Below are positions 1 through 8,024 of a stretch of 32,000 nucleotides of DNA, in pieces. Position numbers and translations under genes: made by a program. How positions within the stretch are numbered: position 1 is the stretch's first letter; each line of letters starts with the position of its first letter. The notes beneath the pieces are model-generated. The model made no database searches and was not told where the DNA came from. It was given only the letters and a program-made list of their open reading frames with translations. Source of the DNA: an uncultured Planctomycetia bacterium (GTDB lineage: Bacteria > Omnitrophota > Gorgyraeia > Duberdicusellales > 4484-171); contig CAZHYN010000008.1 in assembly GCA_964536865.1 (NCBI GenBank), positions 1 to 32,000 of the forward strand. Direction: 5' to 3'.

Positions 1-366
1 CTTATTAAATATAAAGATAACATCTTTGCTCACTTAAAAACACCTTTCCTTCCCTCCACAAACAATCAATTAGAAAATCTTATAAAACAGTATGAAAGAA
101 GATTAAAAACAATAGAAGGATTTGGGAAAAATAAACAGGCAATAGAAGGTTATCTCAATCTAATGGCTATCTGTTATTGTTTTTCCGCCAGAGGCGGATC
201 TGCCTTGGGCAGAAAGCCCCATACAGATTGCAAGGATAGAAACAAATATAAAAATGGCAAATCTCCTTTTCCACCAAAGGTTCCACCCGAGGTGGATTCG
301 CCTCAGGCGAAGGATCTGCCTCGGGCAGAAGAATTGGCTGGCGTCTCTATAAAGGGGTTAGATTGA
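1..366 (+). mobile_element. DDE transposase, C-terminal fragment (5' part lies outside the window)
   Basis: Frame 1 is open from base 1 to the TGA at 364-366. The translation LIKYKDNIFAHLKTPFLPSTNNQLENLIKQYERRLKTIEGFGKNKQAIEGYLNLMAI shows the TNNxxEN...R...GF pattern I associate with the C-terminal catalytic-E region of ISL3/IS256-type transposases. The tracked ORF 163..366 is only the tail of this frame, and the true stop may be effectively earlier. Confidence 0.45.
185..329. repeat. Cluster of five GC-rich mini-hairpins (5-6 bp stem, 3-nt loop) arranged as two related double-hairpin modules
   Basis: The hairpins are CCGCC-aga-GGCGG (185-197), TCTGCC-ttg-GGCAGA (199-213), CCACC-cga-GGTGG (283-295), TTCGCC-tca-GGCGAA (297-311) and TCTGCC-tcg-GGCAGA (315-329). 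They are strongly GC-rich islands in AT-rich DNA, directly after the transposase motif. Confidence 0.7.
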
Positions 367-423
367 GTAGGATTTGCTCTTAAAAATAGACCCAGTTAAT
401 ATAACGCTTCAGGAATTTATGTA

Positions 424-452
424 TTGACAAAGAGGTAATTGTTTGATAAATT
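424..452 (+). promoter_or_regulatory. Putative sigma70-type promoter: TTGACA-N17-TAAATT with TGn extended -10
   Basis: TTGACA is at 424-429, TGa at 444-446 and TAAATT at 447-452. The predicted start falls about 459-461, on or next to the ATG at 461. This conflicts with the TTG start at 443. Confidence 0.35.
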
Positions 453-961
453 ACTTTCCTATGTTAGCTATTCTTCTTATAATTATAGGGATTATTTCTA
501 GGGCTATTCCTCATCTTCCTAACTTCTCTCCTTTAGTGGCAATAGCTTTATTTTCTGGAGTCTATATTAAAGAACGTTATGCTTTCTTGATTCCTCTGTT
601 TGTATATATAATTTCTGATTTAATTGTAGGGTTTCATGATATAGTATTTTTTACTTGGTCTTCTATTTTACTTATTTATTTTATAGGTTATTTCTTGAAA
701 AAAAGAACTTTTTGGACTGTTTTTGTCTGCACAGTTTTTTCTTCAATCTTATTCTTTGTACTTACTAACTTGGGAGTATGGATTGTGGGGTGGTACCCTC
801 CTGCTTTTAATGGCTTGGTTCAATGCTATACTCTTGCTATTCCCTTTTTTAGAACCTCTTTAATTTCTGATTTGATATATGTAGGGGTACTCTTTGGAGT
901 GTATGAGCTGATATTGAGAAAGTATAATGCAGTTTTAGAGAAGCCCATCCTCCTCTTTTAA
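443..961 (+). CDS. DUF6580-like putative transport/membrane protein
   Basis: This 172-aa protein is almost entirely hydrophobic with about 5 TM segments. The N-terminal motif RAIPHLPNFSPLVAIALFSG matches my memory of the DUF6580 family. An AGAGG SD lies 7 nt before the TTG at 443. An alternative leaderless ATG lies at 461. Confidence 0.6.
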   Translation: MINYFPMLAILLIIIGIISRAIPHLPNFSPLVAIALFSGVYIKERYAFLIPLFVYIISDLIVGFHDIVFFTWSSILLIYFIGYFLKKRTFWTVFVCTVFSSILFFVLTNLGVWIVGWYPPAFNGLVQCYTLAIPFFRTSLISDLIYVGVLFGVYELILRKYNAVLEKPILLF

Positions 962-974
962 TATTTTCTTTAAA

Positions 975-3158
975 ATGCACACCTACGCTTACGGTTTTCC
1001 TCGTCTAGGAAGAAAAAGAGAATTTAAAACAACGATAGAAAGCTTTTGGTCAGGAAAGATAAATCAAGATCAGTTCATTGAATCCATGGAAAATATTGAG
1101 AAGGAGCGAATATATACTTATAAAAAGTATGTTGATTTTTTTCCTTTAGGAGAGTTCACCTATTACGATAATTTATTTGATACAGCTTTAATTTTTGGTG
1201 TATATAAGGTTAAGAATCTTACTGATTATTTTGAATATGCTCGAGGAAAAAAGGCTTTAGAATTAAAAAAATACTTTAATACCAATTATCATTATTTAGT
1301 TCCTCAAATTTCCTCTCATAGAAGATTTTATTTAAATTGGAATAAACCGTTATTCTATCTAAACAATTTTTTTTCTTTCCACAGTCAACCTTTATATGTT
1401 ATTGGACCTTATACCTTTCTTAAGCTAAGTAGAATTGAAGGAAATTTTAAGTCTCTGCTTTATCAACTAGTTCAGGTTTACAAACTTCTTTTGGAAAAAC
1501 TTTACACTAAAGGAGCAAAGCTGATTCATTTAGAAGAACCAGCTTTTGTTTTGGATATTTCTTATCCAGAGAGGAAAGTGATCATAGATGTGTACCAGAA
1601 TATCTTAAGGGCTAAAGTAAGAGTAAATCTTATTACTTATTATGAAAGTATAGATTTTCTAAAGAGTCTATATGATCTACCTTTTCATGCTTTAAGTTTA
1701 GATTTTGTTGCAGGAACAAATAATCTTGCTCTTTTGAAAAAATTTGGTTTTCCTAGAGATAGATATTTAATCTGTGGAGTAGTAGATGGTAGAGGGATAA
1801 GGCGGAGTGATATCTTTAAGAAAGTAAGACTGGTAGAAAATATTAGAAGAGTTACTCATATAGATTCTGAGAAAATTATTCTTGCTCCCAGTTGTCCTTT
1901 GTTTCACCTCCCACTTACCTTAGAGGATGAATTAAGATTAGATGAGAAGATAAAATGCAGGATAAGTTTTGCTCAGGAGAGGTTGTACGAGTTGAGTTTG
2001 ATAAAGAAAGTATTTTTCAAAGAGACTAAAGAAGCAAAACTATGGTATCGAGATGATGAGAAGTCTAGTTTTAAGAAGAGAAATAAAGAATTTGTTACCT
2101 TTTCTTGGAAGGAGAGTAGACTTAAAGAAAGAAGAAGAATTCAAAAAGCTAAACTTCCTCTTCCTTTATTTCCTACAACAACTATTGGCAGTTTCCCTCA
2201 AGACAAGCAGCTTCGTAAGATAAGAAGAGATTATAAAAAAGGAAATATTTCTATAGGAGTCTATAAGAGTTTTATAAAAGATAAGATAAAAAAACTGATA
2301 GGATTTCAAGAGAAATTAGGTTTGGATGTTTTAGTTCATGGGGAGTTTGAAAGATCTGATATGGTTGAATTCTTTGCTCAGGGTCTAGAAGGATTCCTAA
2401 CTACTGAGAATGGATGGGTTATTTCTTATGGAACAAGAGTATACAGACCGCCTATAATTTATAAAGAGGTTAAAAGAGTGATTCCTCTTACTGTGGAAGA
2501 GATATCCTACGCTCAAACACTTACATCAAAGCCAGTAAAAGGTATAATTACTGGGCCAGTTACAATTGTTGCTTGGAGCTATAATTTAAGAGACCTACCT
2601 CCTTATGTGATTGCTTTCGAATTGGCATCTGCTTTGAATCAAGAAGCTAAAGATTTAGTAAAGAAAGGAGTAAAAATTATCCAAATCGATGAACCAGCGT
2701 TTAAGGAGTTTTCTCCCTTAAAGAGAACTAAGAGAGATTTCTATTTTAGCTGGGCAGTACGTGCCTTTAACATTACCACCAAACTTCCCAAAGAAGTTCA
2801 GGTCCATACTCATATGTGTTATTCTCAATTCCAGGATATAATTAAATGGTTGGTTAAGATGAACTTTGATGTCATTACTATAGAGGCTGCAAGAGAAGGA
2901 GGGCAGATAATAGACTATTTTAAAAGAGTAAGATTTAAAAAAAGTATTGGTCCAGGTGTATGGGATATTCACTCCCGTTATCCTGCTAGCAAAAAAAGTA
3001 TAGAAAGTATTTTAGAGAAAGCGATTAGTGTTTTTGGTAAGGATAGAGTTTGGGTTAATCCTGATTGCGGGCTAAAGACCAGGGATTGGCCTGAAGTGGA
3101 ACTTTCTCTTCAGAGAATGGTTGATGTAGCTAAAAAGTACCGTAGAAAATTTCAGTAG
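975..3158 (+). CDS. metE: 5-methyltetrahydropteroyltriglutamate--homocysteine S-methyltransferase (cobalamin-independent methionine synthase)
   Basis: This 727-aa protein has a two-domain MetE layout. The N-terminus reads YGFPRLGRKREFK..ESFWSG. The C-terminal half has TTTIGSFPQ, VLVHGEFERSDMVEFF, IQIDEPA and the HTHMCYS and NPDCGLKTR zinc-site motifs. Confidence 0.95.
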   Translation: MHTYAYGFPRLGRKREFKTTIESFWSGKINQDQFIESMENIEKERIYTYKKYVDFFPLGEFTYYDNLFDTALIFGVYKVKNLTDYFEYARGKKALELKKYFNTNYHYLVPQISSHRRFYLNWNKPLFYLNNFFSFHSQPLYVIGPYTFLKLSRIEGNFKSLLYQLVQVYKLLLEKLYTKGAKLIHLEEPAFVLDISYPERKVIIDVYQNILRAKVRVNLITYYESIDFLKSLYDLPFHALSLDFVAGTNNLALLKKFGFPRDRYLICGVVDGRGIRRSDIFKKVRLVENIRRVTHIDSEKIILAPSCPLFHLPLTLEDELRLDEKIKCRISFAQERLYELSLIKKVFFKETKEAKLWYRDDEKSSFKKRNKEFVTFSWKESRLKERRRIQKAKLPLPLFPTTTIGSFPQDKQLRKIRRDYKKGNISIGVYKSFIKDKIKKLIGFQEKLGLDVLVHGEFERSDMVEFFAQGLEGFLTTENGWVISYGTRVYRPPIIYKEVKRVIPLTVEEISYAQTLTSKPVKGIITGPVTIVAWSYNLRDLPPYVIAFELASALNQEAKDLVKKGVKIIQIDEPAFKEFSPLKRTKRDFYFSWAVRAFNITTKLPKEVQVHTHMCYSQFQDIIKWLVKMNFDVITIEAAREGGQIIDYFKRVRFKKSIGPGVWDIHSRYPASKKSIESILEKAISVFGKDRVWVNPDCGLKTRDWPEVELSLQRMVDVAKKYRRKFQ

Positions 3159-3163
3159 ATTGA

Positions 3164-3880
3164 ATGCAAGTAAAGCTCCTTTCTTATACTCAAAACCCTA
3201 AAGCAGTAATATATGCTTGTGCTCGTCAATGTTATTCTAAGCTTTCCGCTTATAATATTTATGTTAAGAAAGAAAATTTATCTAAAAGATTTAAGGAATT
3301 TATTACTCACCTTATAGAGCGAGGTCACCTAAGTCCCCTAGAGCATGTAAGTTTTACTTTCTCTATAGAAGGTATTTCTCGTGTTTGTACTCACCAGCTG
3401 GTTAGACATCGTATTGCTTCATACTCTCAACAGAGTCAGCGCTATGTAGACATGGAGAATTTTAATTATATTGTTCCTTTAGCAATAAAGAAGAATAAAA
3501 AGGCAAAAAAAATTTTTTTAGAAATAATAGCTACCGTTAAAGAGAAATATCGAGAGTTAAAAGAAATTTTAGAGAAAGATAAGACACTTAATAAAGAAAA
3601 GCTTAATCAAGATCTAAGATTTATTTTACCCCAAGCAGTAGAGACAAAGATAGTAGTAACTATGAATTGCCGAGAACTCTTGCATTTTTTCTCGGAGAGA
3701 TTATGTTTACGGGCTCAGTGGGAGATAAGAACGTTGGCTTATAAAATGTTTTCTTTGTGTAAACGAATTCTTCCTGAAGTGTTTTCTCTTGCTGGACCAA
3801 AATGCAAAAGAATGGGATTCTGTCCTGAGAAGGCGTTTGATTGTCCACTTTTTCCAGATAAACTTGACAAGAAAAAATGA
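3164..3880 (+). CDS. thyX: FAD-dependent thymidylate synthase
   Basis: The ThyX signature RHRIASYSQQSQRY (RHRxxSxxxxSxRY) is present, together with LEHVSFTF. Length is 238 aa. Confidence 0.95.
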   Translation: MQVKLLSYTQNPKAVIYACARQCYSKLSAYNIYVKKENLSKRFKEFITHLIERGHLSPLEHVSFTFSIEGISRVCTHQLVRHRIASYSQQSQRYVDMENFNYIVPLAIKKNKKAKKIFLEIIATVKEKYRELKEILEKDKTLNKEKLNQDLRFILPQAVETKIVVTMNCRELLHFFSERLCLRAQWEIRTLAYKMFSLCKRILPEVFSLAGPKCKRMGFCPEKAFDCPLFPDKLDKKK

Positions 3881-3892
3881 ATCTGATATACT
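3864..3892 (+). promoter_or_regulatory. Near-consensus promoter for the B12 riboswitch-btuB transcript: TTGACA-N17-TATACT with TGn
   Basis: TTGACA is at 3864-3869, TGa at 3884-3886 and TATACT at 3887-3892. It overlaps the thyX stop. The predicted start lies about 25 nt before riboswitch P1. Confidence 0.5.
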
Positions 3893-3923
3893 CAAAAAGT
3901 TCTTTTATAATAAAAGTTAACTT

Positions 3924-4191
3924 CTTTGTGGTGCCTTTTAAGGCTTAATAGGGAACCTTGTGGAAGTCGAGGACACTCCCGGTGCTGTGATGGGGGACGA
4001 AAGGTGCTATTTCTCCGACATTCGTCGGAGTGAAGTGTTACTATCCCGCCCTTTCTATTGAATTTCTATTGAAAGGGCGGGATGGGGAGACGCACCGAGC
4101 TCGCCAAAGGTAGCAAACTTACCAAAAGTAGGCAAGCCCGCGGAAGGCGAGCAAGTAGGATGATCCCAGAATCAGAAGACCTGTCACAGAG
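3924..4191 (+). promoter_or_regulatory. Cobalamin (B12) riboswitch aptamer, with a large internal insertion
   Basis: P1 pairs CUUUGUGG (3924-3931) with UCACAGAG (4184-4191). The conserved UUAAUAGGGAAC core lies near 3945-3956. A B12-box-like AUCAGAAGACCUGUC lies at 4171-4185. Extra hairpins are CTCCGAC-attc-GTCGGAG (4013-4030) and a 13-bp stem at 4043-4083. It sits directly upstream of a TonB-dependent receptor, the classic btuB context. Confidence 0.85.
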
Positions 4192-4259
4192 ATCAGTTTA
4201 GGTTTTAACGAGGATTAAAACCTAAAAATTCATTTGGGGCTAAAGAAAATCAGGGTGCA

Positions 4260-4292
4260 CCCCCTATACCGTAAGGGTATAGGGGGTTTTTT
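4260..4292 (+). terminator. Intrinsic terminator (riboswitch expression platform)
   Basis: An 11-bp stem CCCCCTATACC / GGTATAGGGGG with a 5-nt loop is followed by T6 (4287-4292). Upstream, GGGG (4235-4238) could pair with the terminator's C-run as an antiterminator. The RBS AAGGAGGGGG follows. Confidence 0.8.
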
Positions 4293-4321
4293 ATTGATAA
4301 CTTTAAGGAGGGGGTATCCTT

Positions 4322-6142
4322 ATGAAGAAATGGATAATAGGGTGTATTCTAATTATCTTGGTTAATAAAGTTTCTTACGCTCAGGAGATAGAGTTAGGAC
4401 AAATAGTAGTGACTCCTCACCGCACAGCAACCAGTCTAGATGTTGAACCTTTCTCGTTAGAAGTTCTCAATATTAAAGAAGCTAGCAAAAAAGGTGAATT
4501 TACTCTCCAAGAGGTTCTTAAAGGGATTTCTGATTTAGGATATGCTACAACTTCTCAAATGGGGGAGGCGAGCATATTTATAAGGGGGACAGATGCTCGT
4601 CATACCCAAGTACTTTTAGAGGGAATAAAACTTTATGATCCTGTTTCTACTACTGGTTATTTTTACGCTTATAATTATATAGACTTATTTCCTTTTCAAA
4701 GAGTAGAAGTAGCTAAAGGTCCTTTTAGTTCCTTGTACGGTTCAGATTCTATAGGAGGAACGATTAATTTGATAACTAAAAAAGGAAAGGGTAAACCTAG
4801 TCTTTCTTATCTTCAGGAGTTAGGAAGCTATGCTACCTTTAAAGAAGCATTTATTTATCAGGGAGAGATAAATACGTTTTCTTATTTTCTTTCTCTCTCA
4901 AGGACAGATGTAAACTCTTTTTATGCTCAAAGATATAAGGAGGGGAATCACGAGAAAGACCCTTATCATAATTTTAACTCTTCCTTGAGACTAGATTACA
5001 ACTTTGACGACGATCTAGATATAACTCTTCTTAATCATTACATCTATTCAAAATACGAATATGATGCCACTAATTCAGATGATGACGATAATATTGCTCA
5101 TTTCTATCAGGGAGTGAGTGGAATCAAAATTCAAAGTGTTCCTTCTGAGAAGGTATCCCAGGAGTTTCAAGTGGGTTTTACTAGGACTTATCGCAAACAT
5201 TGGGAAAGTTCTTCTGTCAATTACTGGTATGATGGAAAGAGTTATCAGATTAAATATAAATTAGACTATCAACTTCTTAACTTTTATAAAATTATATGGG
5301 GAATGGACTACTTAAGAGAAAAAGGGGAAGGAAAGTATTCTGGTTCTTCTAATCCTGATAAATCCACAGCTAATAGTAAAGGTTATTACCTTGAGAATAT
5401 ACTTACTCCTTTTCCTACACTCTTTATTTCAACTTCTTACCGCTTAGAGGACCATTCTAACTTTGGTACTACAGGGGTATTTAATACTTCAGCAAGTTAT
5501 ATAATAGAGAATACTTCTACCAAGATAAAATCTTCTTTTGGGAAGGGTTTTAAAGCCCCTTCCTTATATCAACTCTACAGTTCTTATGGAGATCCTAATT
5601 TAACTCCCGAGAAATCAGAAAGTTATCAGATAGGGATAGAGCAGAGCCTGTTTAAAAGATTAAAGTTTTCATCAACTTATTTTCATATCCATCTTTCTAA
5701 TCTCATTGATTTTAATATGACAACTTGGAAGTACTACAATACCGGTAAAGCTAAAATTGAAGGGTGGGAGAATAAATTAGAATATAGTCTATCAAAGGAA
5801 ATCAGACTTAAATTATCCTATGCTAATATAGATGCTGAGAAGAAGGAAGATGGCTCAAGACTTTTAAGGAGACCAAAGAATAAAGCAATTTTAGCATTAG
5901 ATGTGTTAAAAGATAGGCTTAAAATTTATCCTGAGCTTACTTATGTAGGGAACCGGATTGATAGTGGAGGAGAAAAATTAAAAGCTTATCTTTTAGTTAA
6001 TCTTTCTTTAAACTTTGAACTCTATAAGGATTCGCATTTTTTTATTCGTCTGGAAAATCTTTTAGATAGAGACTATGAATTGGTTAATGCTTATCAGAGT
6101 AAAAAATTCTCTTGGTACATAGGGGCAAAATTCAGATTCTGA
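4322..6142 (+). CDS. btuB: TonB-dependent outer-membrane receptor, BtuB-like (vitamin B12 uptake inferred from the riboswitch)
   Basis: A signal peptide is followed by a TonB-box-like QIVVTPHR. Plug-domain motifs are IRGTDARHTQVLLEGI and LYGSDSIGGTINLITK. The barrel ends in a terminal aromatic (..GAKFRF). A strong SD is present. Confidence 0.85.
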   Translation: MKKWIIGCILIILVNKVSYAQEIELGQIVVTPHRTATSLDVEPFSLEVLNIKEASKKGEFTLQEVLKGISDLGYATTSQMGEASIFIRGTDARHTQVLLEGIKLYDPVSTTGYFYAYNYIDLFPFQRVEVAKGPFSSLYGSDSIGGTINLITKKGKGKPSLSYLQELGSYATFKEAFIYQGEINTFSYFLSLSRTDVNSFYAQRYKEGNHEKDPYHNFNSSLRLDYNFDDDLDITLLNHYIYSKYEYDATNSDDDDNIAHFYQGVSGIKIQSVPSEKVSQEFQVGFTRTYRKHWESSSVNYWYDGKSYQIKYKLDYQLLNFYKIIWGMDYLREKGEGKYSGSSNPDKSTANSKGYYLENILTPFPTLFISTSYRLEDHSNFGTTGVFNTSASYIIENTSTKIKSSFGKGFKAPSLYQLYSSYGDPNLTPEKSESYQIGIEQSLFKRLKFSSTYFHIHLSNLIDFNMTTWKYYNTGKAKIEGWENKLEYSLSKEIRLKLSYANIDAEKKEDGSRLLRRPKNKAILALDVLKDRLKIYPELTYVGNRIDSGGEKLKAYLLVNLSLNFELYKDSHFFIRLENLLDRDYELVNAYQSKKFSWYIGAKFRF

Positions 6143-6175
6143 CTTTATAAATATTTCAAAGATAGTTTAAATCAC

Positions 6176-6203
6176 TTGTAAAAGCGAAAGAATTCTGTAT
6201 AAT
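6176..6203 (+). promoter_or_regulatory. Putative promoter TTGTAA-N16-TATAAT immediately upstream of tonB
   Basis: TTGTAA is at 6176-6181 and TATAAT at 6198-6203. Only 9 nt separate the -10 from the ATG at 6213, and there is no SD. This implies a leaderless or near-leaderless transcript. Confidence 0.3.
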
Positions 6204-6212
6204 ATTCTTAAG

Positions 6213-6833
6213 ATGAGAGATTTATGGGGTTTGTCTTTAGGAGTTTCTTTAGCAGTACATCTTTTGATTCTTACTGGTCTACCAACCGTCCGTGATTTTA
6301 ATATCCAGAGAAAGAAGAAGAAAGAAATCAGAATTTTTCCTAAAGAATTTAAAAAAATTCCTAAAATAGATAACTTTACTAGACAAGAGGCATTTTTAAA
6401 GAGAATACCTCCTTACATAGAGGAGAAAGCTAAAAAAACAATCCTCGATAGTCGAAGAAAATTCTTTTTAGAGAAACCAAGAATCAACCCTTCCCTTAAA
6501 AAGATAGTTTTTACTAATAGTAGTGATGATGAAGAGATAAAAAAGAGTCCTGTGTACTTAAATTACTATAGAATGATAAGAGAAAAAATTAGGGAGAAGG
6601 CTTACTCTTACTACAATAGTGAAGAGAGCGGAATGGTTCATCTCTCTTTTGTTATTTTTAAGAATGGCATTCTTAAAGGATTAAATCTTGTAGATGCTTC
6701 CACAGCTAGTAAAGATTTAGTGATGATTGCTGTAAAAAGTATAAGAGAGGCTGCCCCCTTCCCACCTTTTCCCGAAGAACTCAATTATTCTCAGCTTCAT
6801 TTCAATGTTTCTATTCATTTTAAAAGCAATTGA
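6213..6833 (+). CDS. tonB: Energy transducer TonB family protein
   Basis: An N-terminal TM anchor (LSLGVSLAVHLLILTGL) is followed by a charged linker. The C-terminal TonB-like domain reads GMVHLSFVIFKNGILKGLNLV...AAPFPPFPEEL. It lies next to the receptor gene. Confidence 0.75.
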   Translation: MRDLWGLSLGVSLAVHLLILTGLPTVRDFNIQRKKKKEIRIFPKEFKKIPKIDNFTRQEAFLKRIPPYIEEKAKKTILDSRRKFFLEKPRINPSLKKIVFTNSSDDEEIKKSPVYLNYYRMIREKIREKAYSYYNSEESGMVHLSFVIFKNGILKGLNLVDASTASKDLVMIAVKSIREAAPFPPFPEELNYSQLHFNVSIHFKSN

Positions 6834-6857
6834 CAGGGGTTATTATAGTGGTATAGT
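6830..6857 (+). promoter_or_regulatory. Promoter TTGACA-N16-TATAGT with TGn, positioned for a leaderless amrB mRNA
   Basis: TTGACA is at 6830-6835, TGg at 6849-6851 and TATAGT at 6852-6857. Exactly 6 nt separate the -10 from the A of the ATG at 6864. There is no SD. Confidence 0.45.
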
Positions 6858-6863
6858 AGTTAA

Positions 6864-7667
6864 ATGGTAAGAAAACCCGCGGTTAGTGGTCAATTTTATC
6901 CTAAAACTTCTAAGGGAATAAAAGATTTCATCTCTCAGTGGGTGAGTTCTTCTCCAGTTAAAGTTTCAGCAAAAGGAGTAATTCTGCCCCATGCGGGGTA
7001 TATATATTCTGGTAAGGTAGCAGTTGTTACGTGTGCGAGGATCCTTCCTCGTAAGCGAGTAGTTATCCTTGGTCCCAACCATACTGGATTGGGAGTTGAG
7101 TTTAGTATTTATCCCAAGGGGCTATGGGAGATACCTCAAGGGAATGTAGAAATAGATGAGGAATTAGCCCAGGAGATTCTTCATGAAGGAAACTTCATAG
7201 AAGAGGATTTTTTAGCTCATAAATTTGAACATTCCATTGAAGTAGAACTTCCTATTTTAAAATATTTTTTTAACGAGTTTAAATTCGTTCCTATCATATG
7301 TGCGACAGCTTCTCTAGATACTTACAGAAAAGTAGCTCAGCAGATTTATCGAGGGATAAAAGAAAAAAAAGAAGAGATATTAATTGTAGCTAGCAGCGAT
7401 ATGACTCATTACGAAGAGGATGCCCAAGCGAGAAAAAAGGATAGTTTAGCTATTGAGGCTATTATTAATCTAGATGAAGTAGAACTCCTTCAGAGGATAA
7501 GGAAGGAGAATATCTCTATGTGTGGAGCAGCGCCTGTTTCTATAATGCTTATTTTAACTAAACTTCTTGGTGCTAAGAAAGTGGAGGTCGTTAGTTACCA
7601 AACCAGTGGAGAAGTGAGTGGTGATTATAGTGCAGTTGTAGGGTATTTAGGGGCTTTAATAATTTGA
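6864..7667 (+). CDS. amrB: AmmeMemoRadiSam system protein B (Memo-like)
   Basis: The N-terminus reads RKPAVSGQFYP. Other motifs are ILPHAGYIYSG, LGPNHTG, SSDMTHY and CGAAP, typical of the Memo/AmrB family. Length is 267 aa. Confidence 0.85.
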   Translation: MVRKPAVSGQFYPKTSKGIKDFISQWVSSSPVKVSAKGVILPHAGYIYSGKVAVVTCARILPRKRVVILGPNHTGLGVEFSIYPKGLWEIPQGNVEIDEELAQEILHEGNFIEEDFLAHKFEHSIEVELPILKYFFNEFKFVPIICATASLDTYRKVAQQIYRGIKEKKEEILIVASSDMTHYEEDAQARKKDSLAIEAIINLDEVELLQRIRKENISMCGAAPVSIMLILTKLLGAKKVEVVSYQTSGEVSGDYSAVVGYLGALII

Positions 7668-7679
7668 GGGGGGATAACA

Positions 7680-8024
7680 GTGAGTGAAGAGAACAGAAAA
7701 AAAGTAGATGAAGAATGGAAGGCTCAAGTAGAGAAAGAAAAGAGAGAAGCAAAGGCTAAAAACGAATCTTATCATGAGCCAACTTTTACCATCTTTCTTT
7801 CTTCCATAAGCATGCAAGCAATGATTGCTTTAGGTAAATTAGAAAACCCTGTTACTAAGAAATTAGAAAAGAATATGGAGCAGGCAAGGTTTTTAATAGA
7901 CACCCTAAGTATTCTCAAAGAGAAGACAAAGGGAAACCTAACCTCTGAAGAGGAAAAATTGCTGGAAGAGTCTTTGTTTAATTTAAGATTAATGTATGTA
8001 CAGACAAAGGAGGAGGAAAAATGA
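7680..8024 (+). CDS. DUF1844 domain protein
   Basis: This 114-aa protein has an acidic/basic N-terminus followed by PTFTIFLSSISMQAMIALG, as remembered for DUF1844. It uses a GTG start with a GGGGGG SD. Confidence 0.65.
   Translation: MSEENRKKVDEEWKAQVEKEKREAKAKNESYHEPTFTIFLSSISMQAMIALGKLENPVTKKLEKNMEQARFLIDTLSILKEKTKGNLTSEEEKLLEESLFNLRLMYVQTKEEEK

Noticed and set aside
163-366. The 67-aa ORF 163-366 as an independent gene.
   Set aside because: Its frame is open back to base 1 and continues a transposase-like C-terminus. The portion after about 185 is encoded by the GC-rich hairpin repeats and looks non-protein-like.
2718-2972. Antisense or shadow ORFs in the track. They are 2718-2972(-), 3660-3848(-), 3707-3895(-), 8874-9077(-), 11228-11419(-), 13202-13441(-), 14433-14684(-), 16129-16464(-), 19337-19537(-), 22305-22496(-), 23812-24021(-), 25367-25669(-), 29411-29662(+), 30082-30333(+), 30604-30828(+) and 31467-31703(+).
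   Set aside because: Each lies inside a well-supported gene on the opposite strand. They have low-complexity or biased composition typical of AT-rich shadow frames, carry no recognisable motifs and have no SD.
4043-4083. The 13-bp perfect hairpin as an independent REP/MITE-like insertion or terminator.
   Set aside because: It lies between the riboswitch core and its B12 box, inside the P1-enclosed region, and has no following T-run. It is most simply a peripheral extension of the aptamer. It is reported under the riboswitch finding instead.
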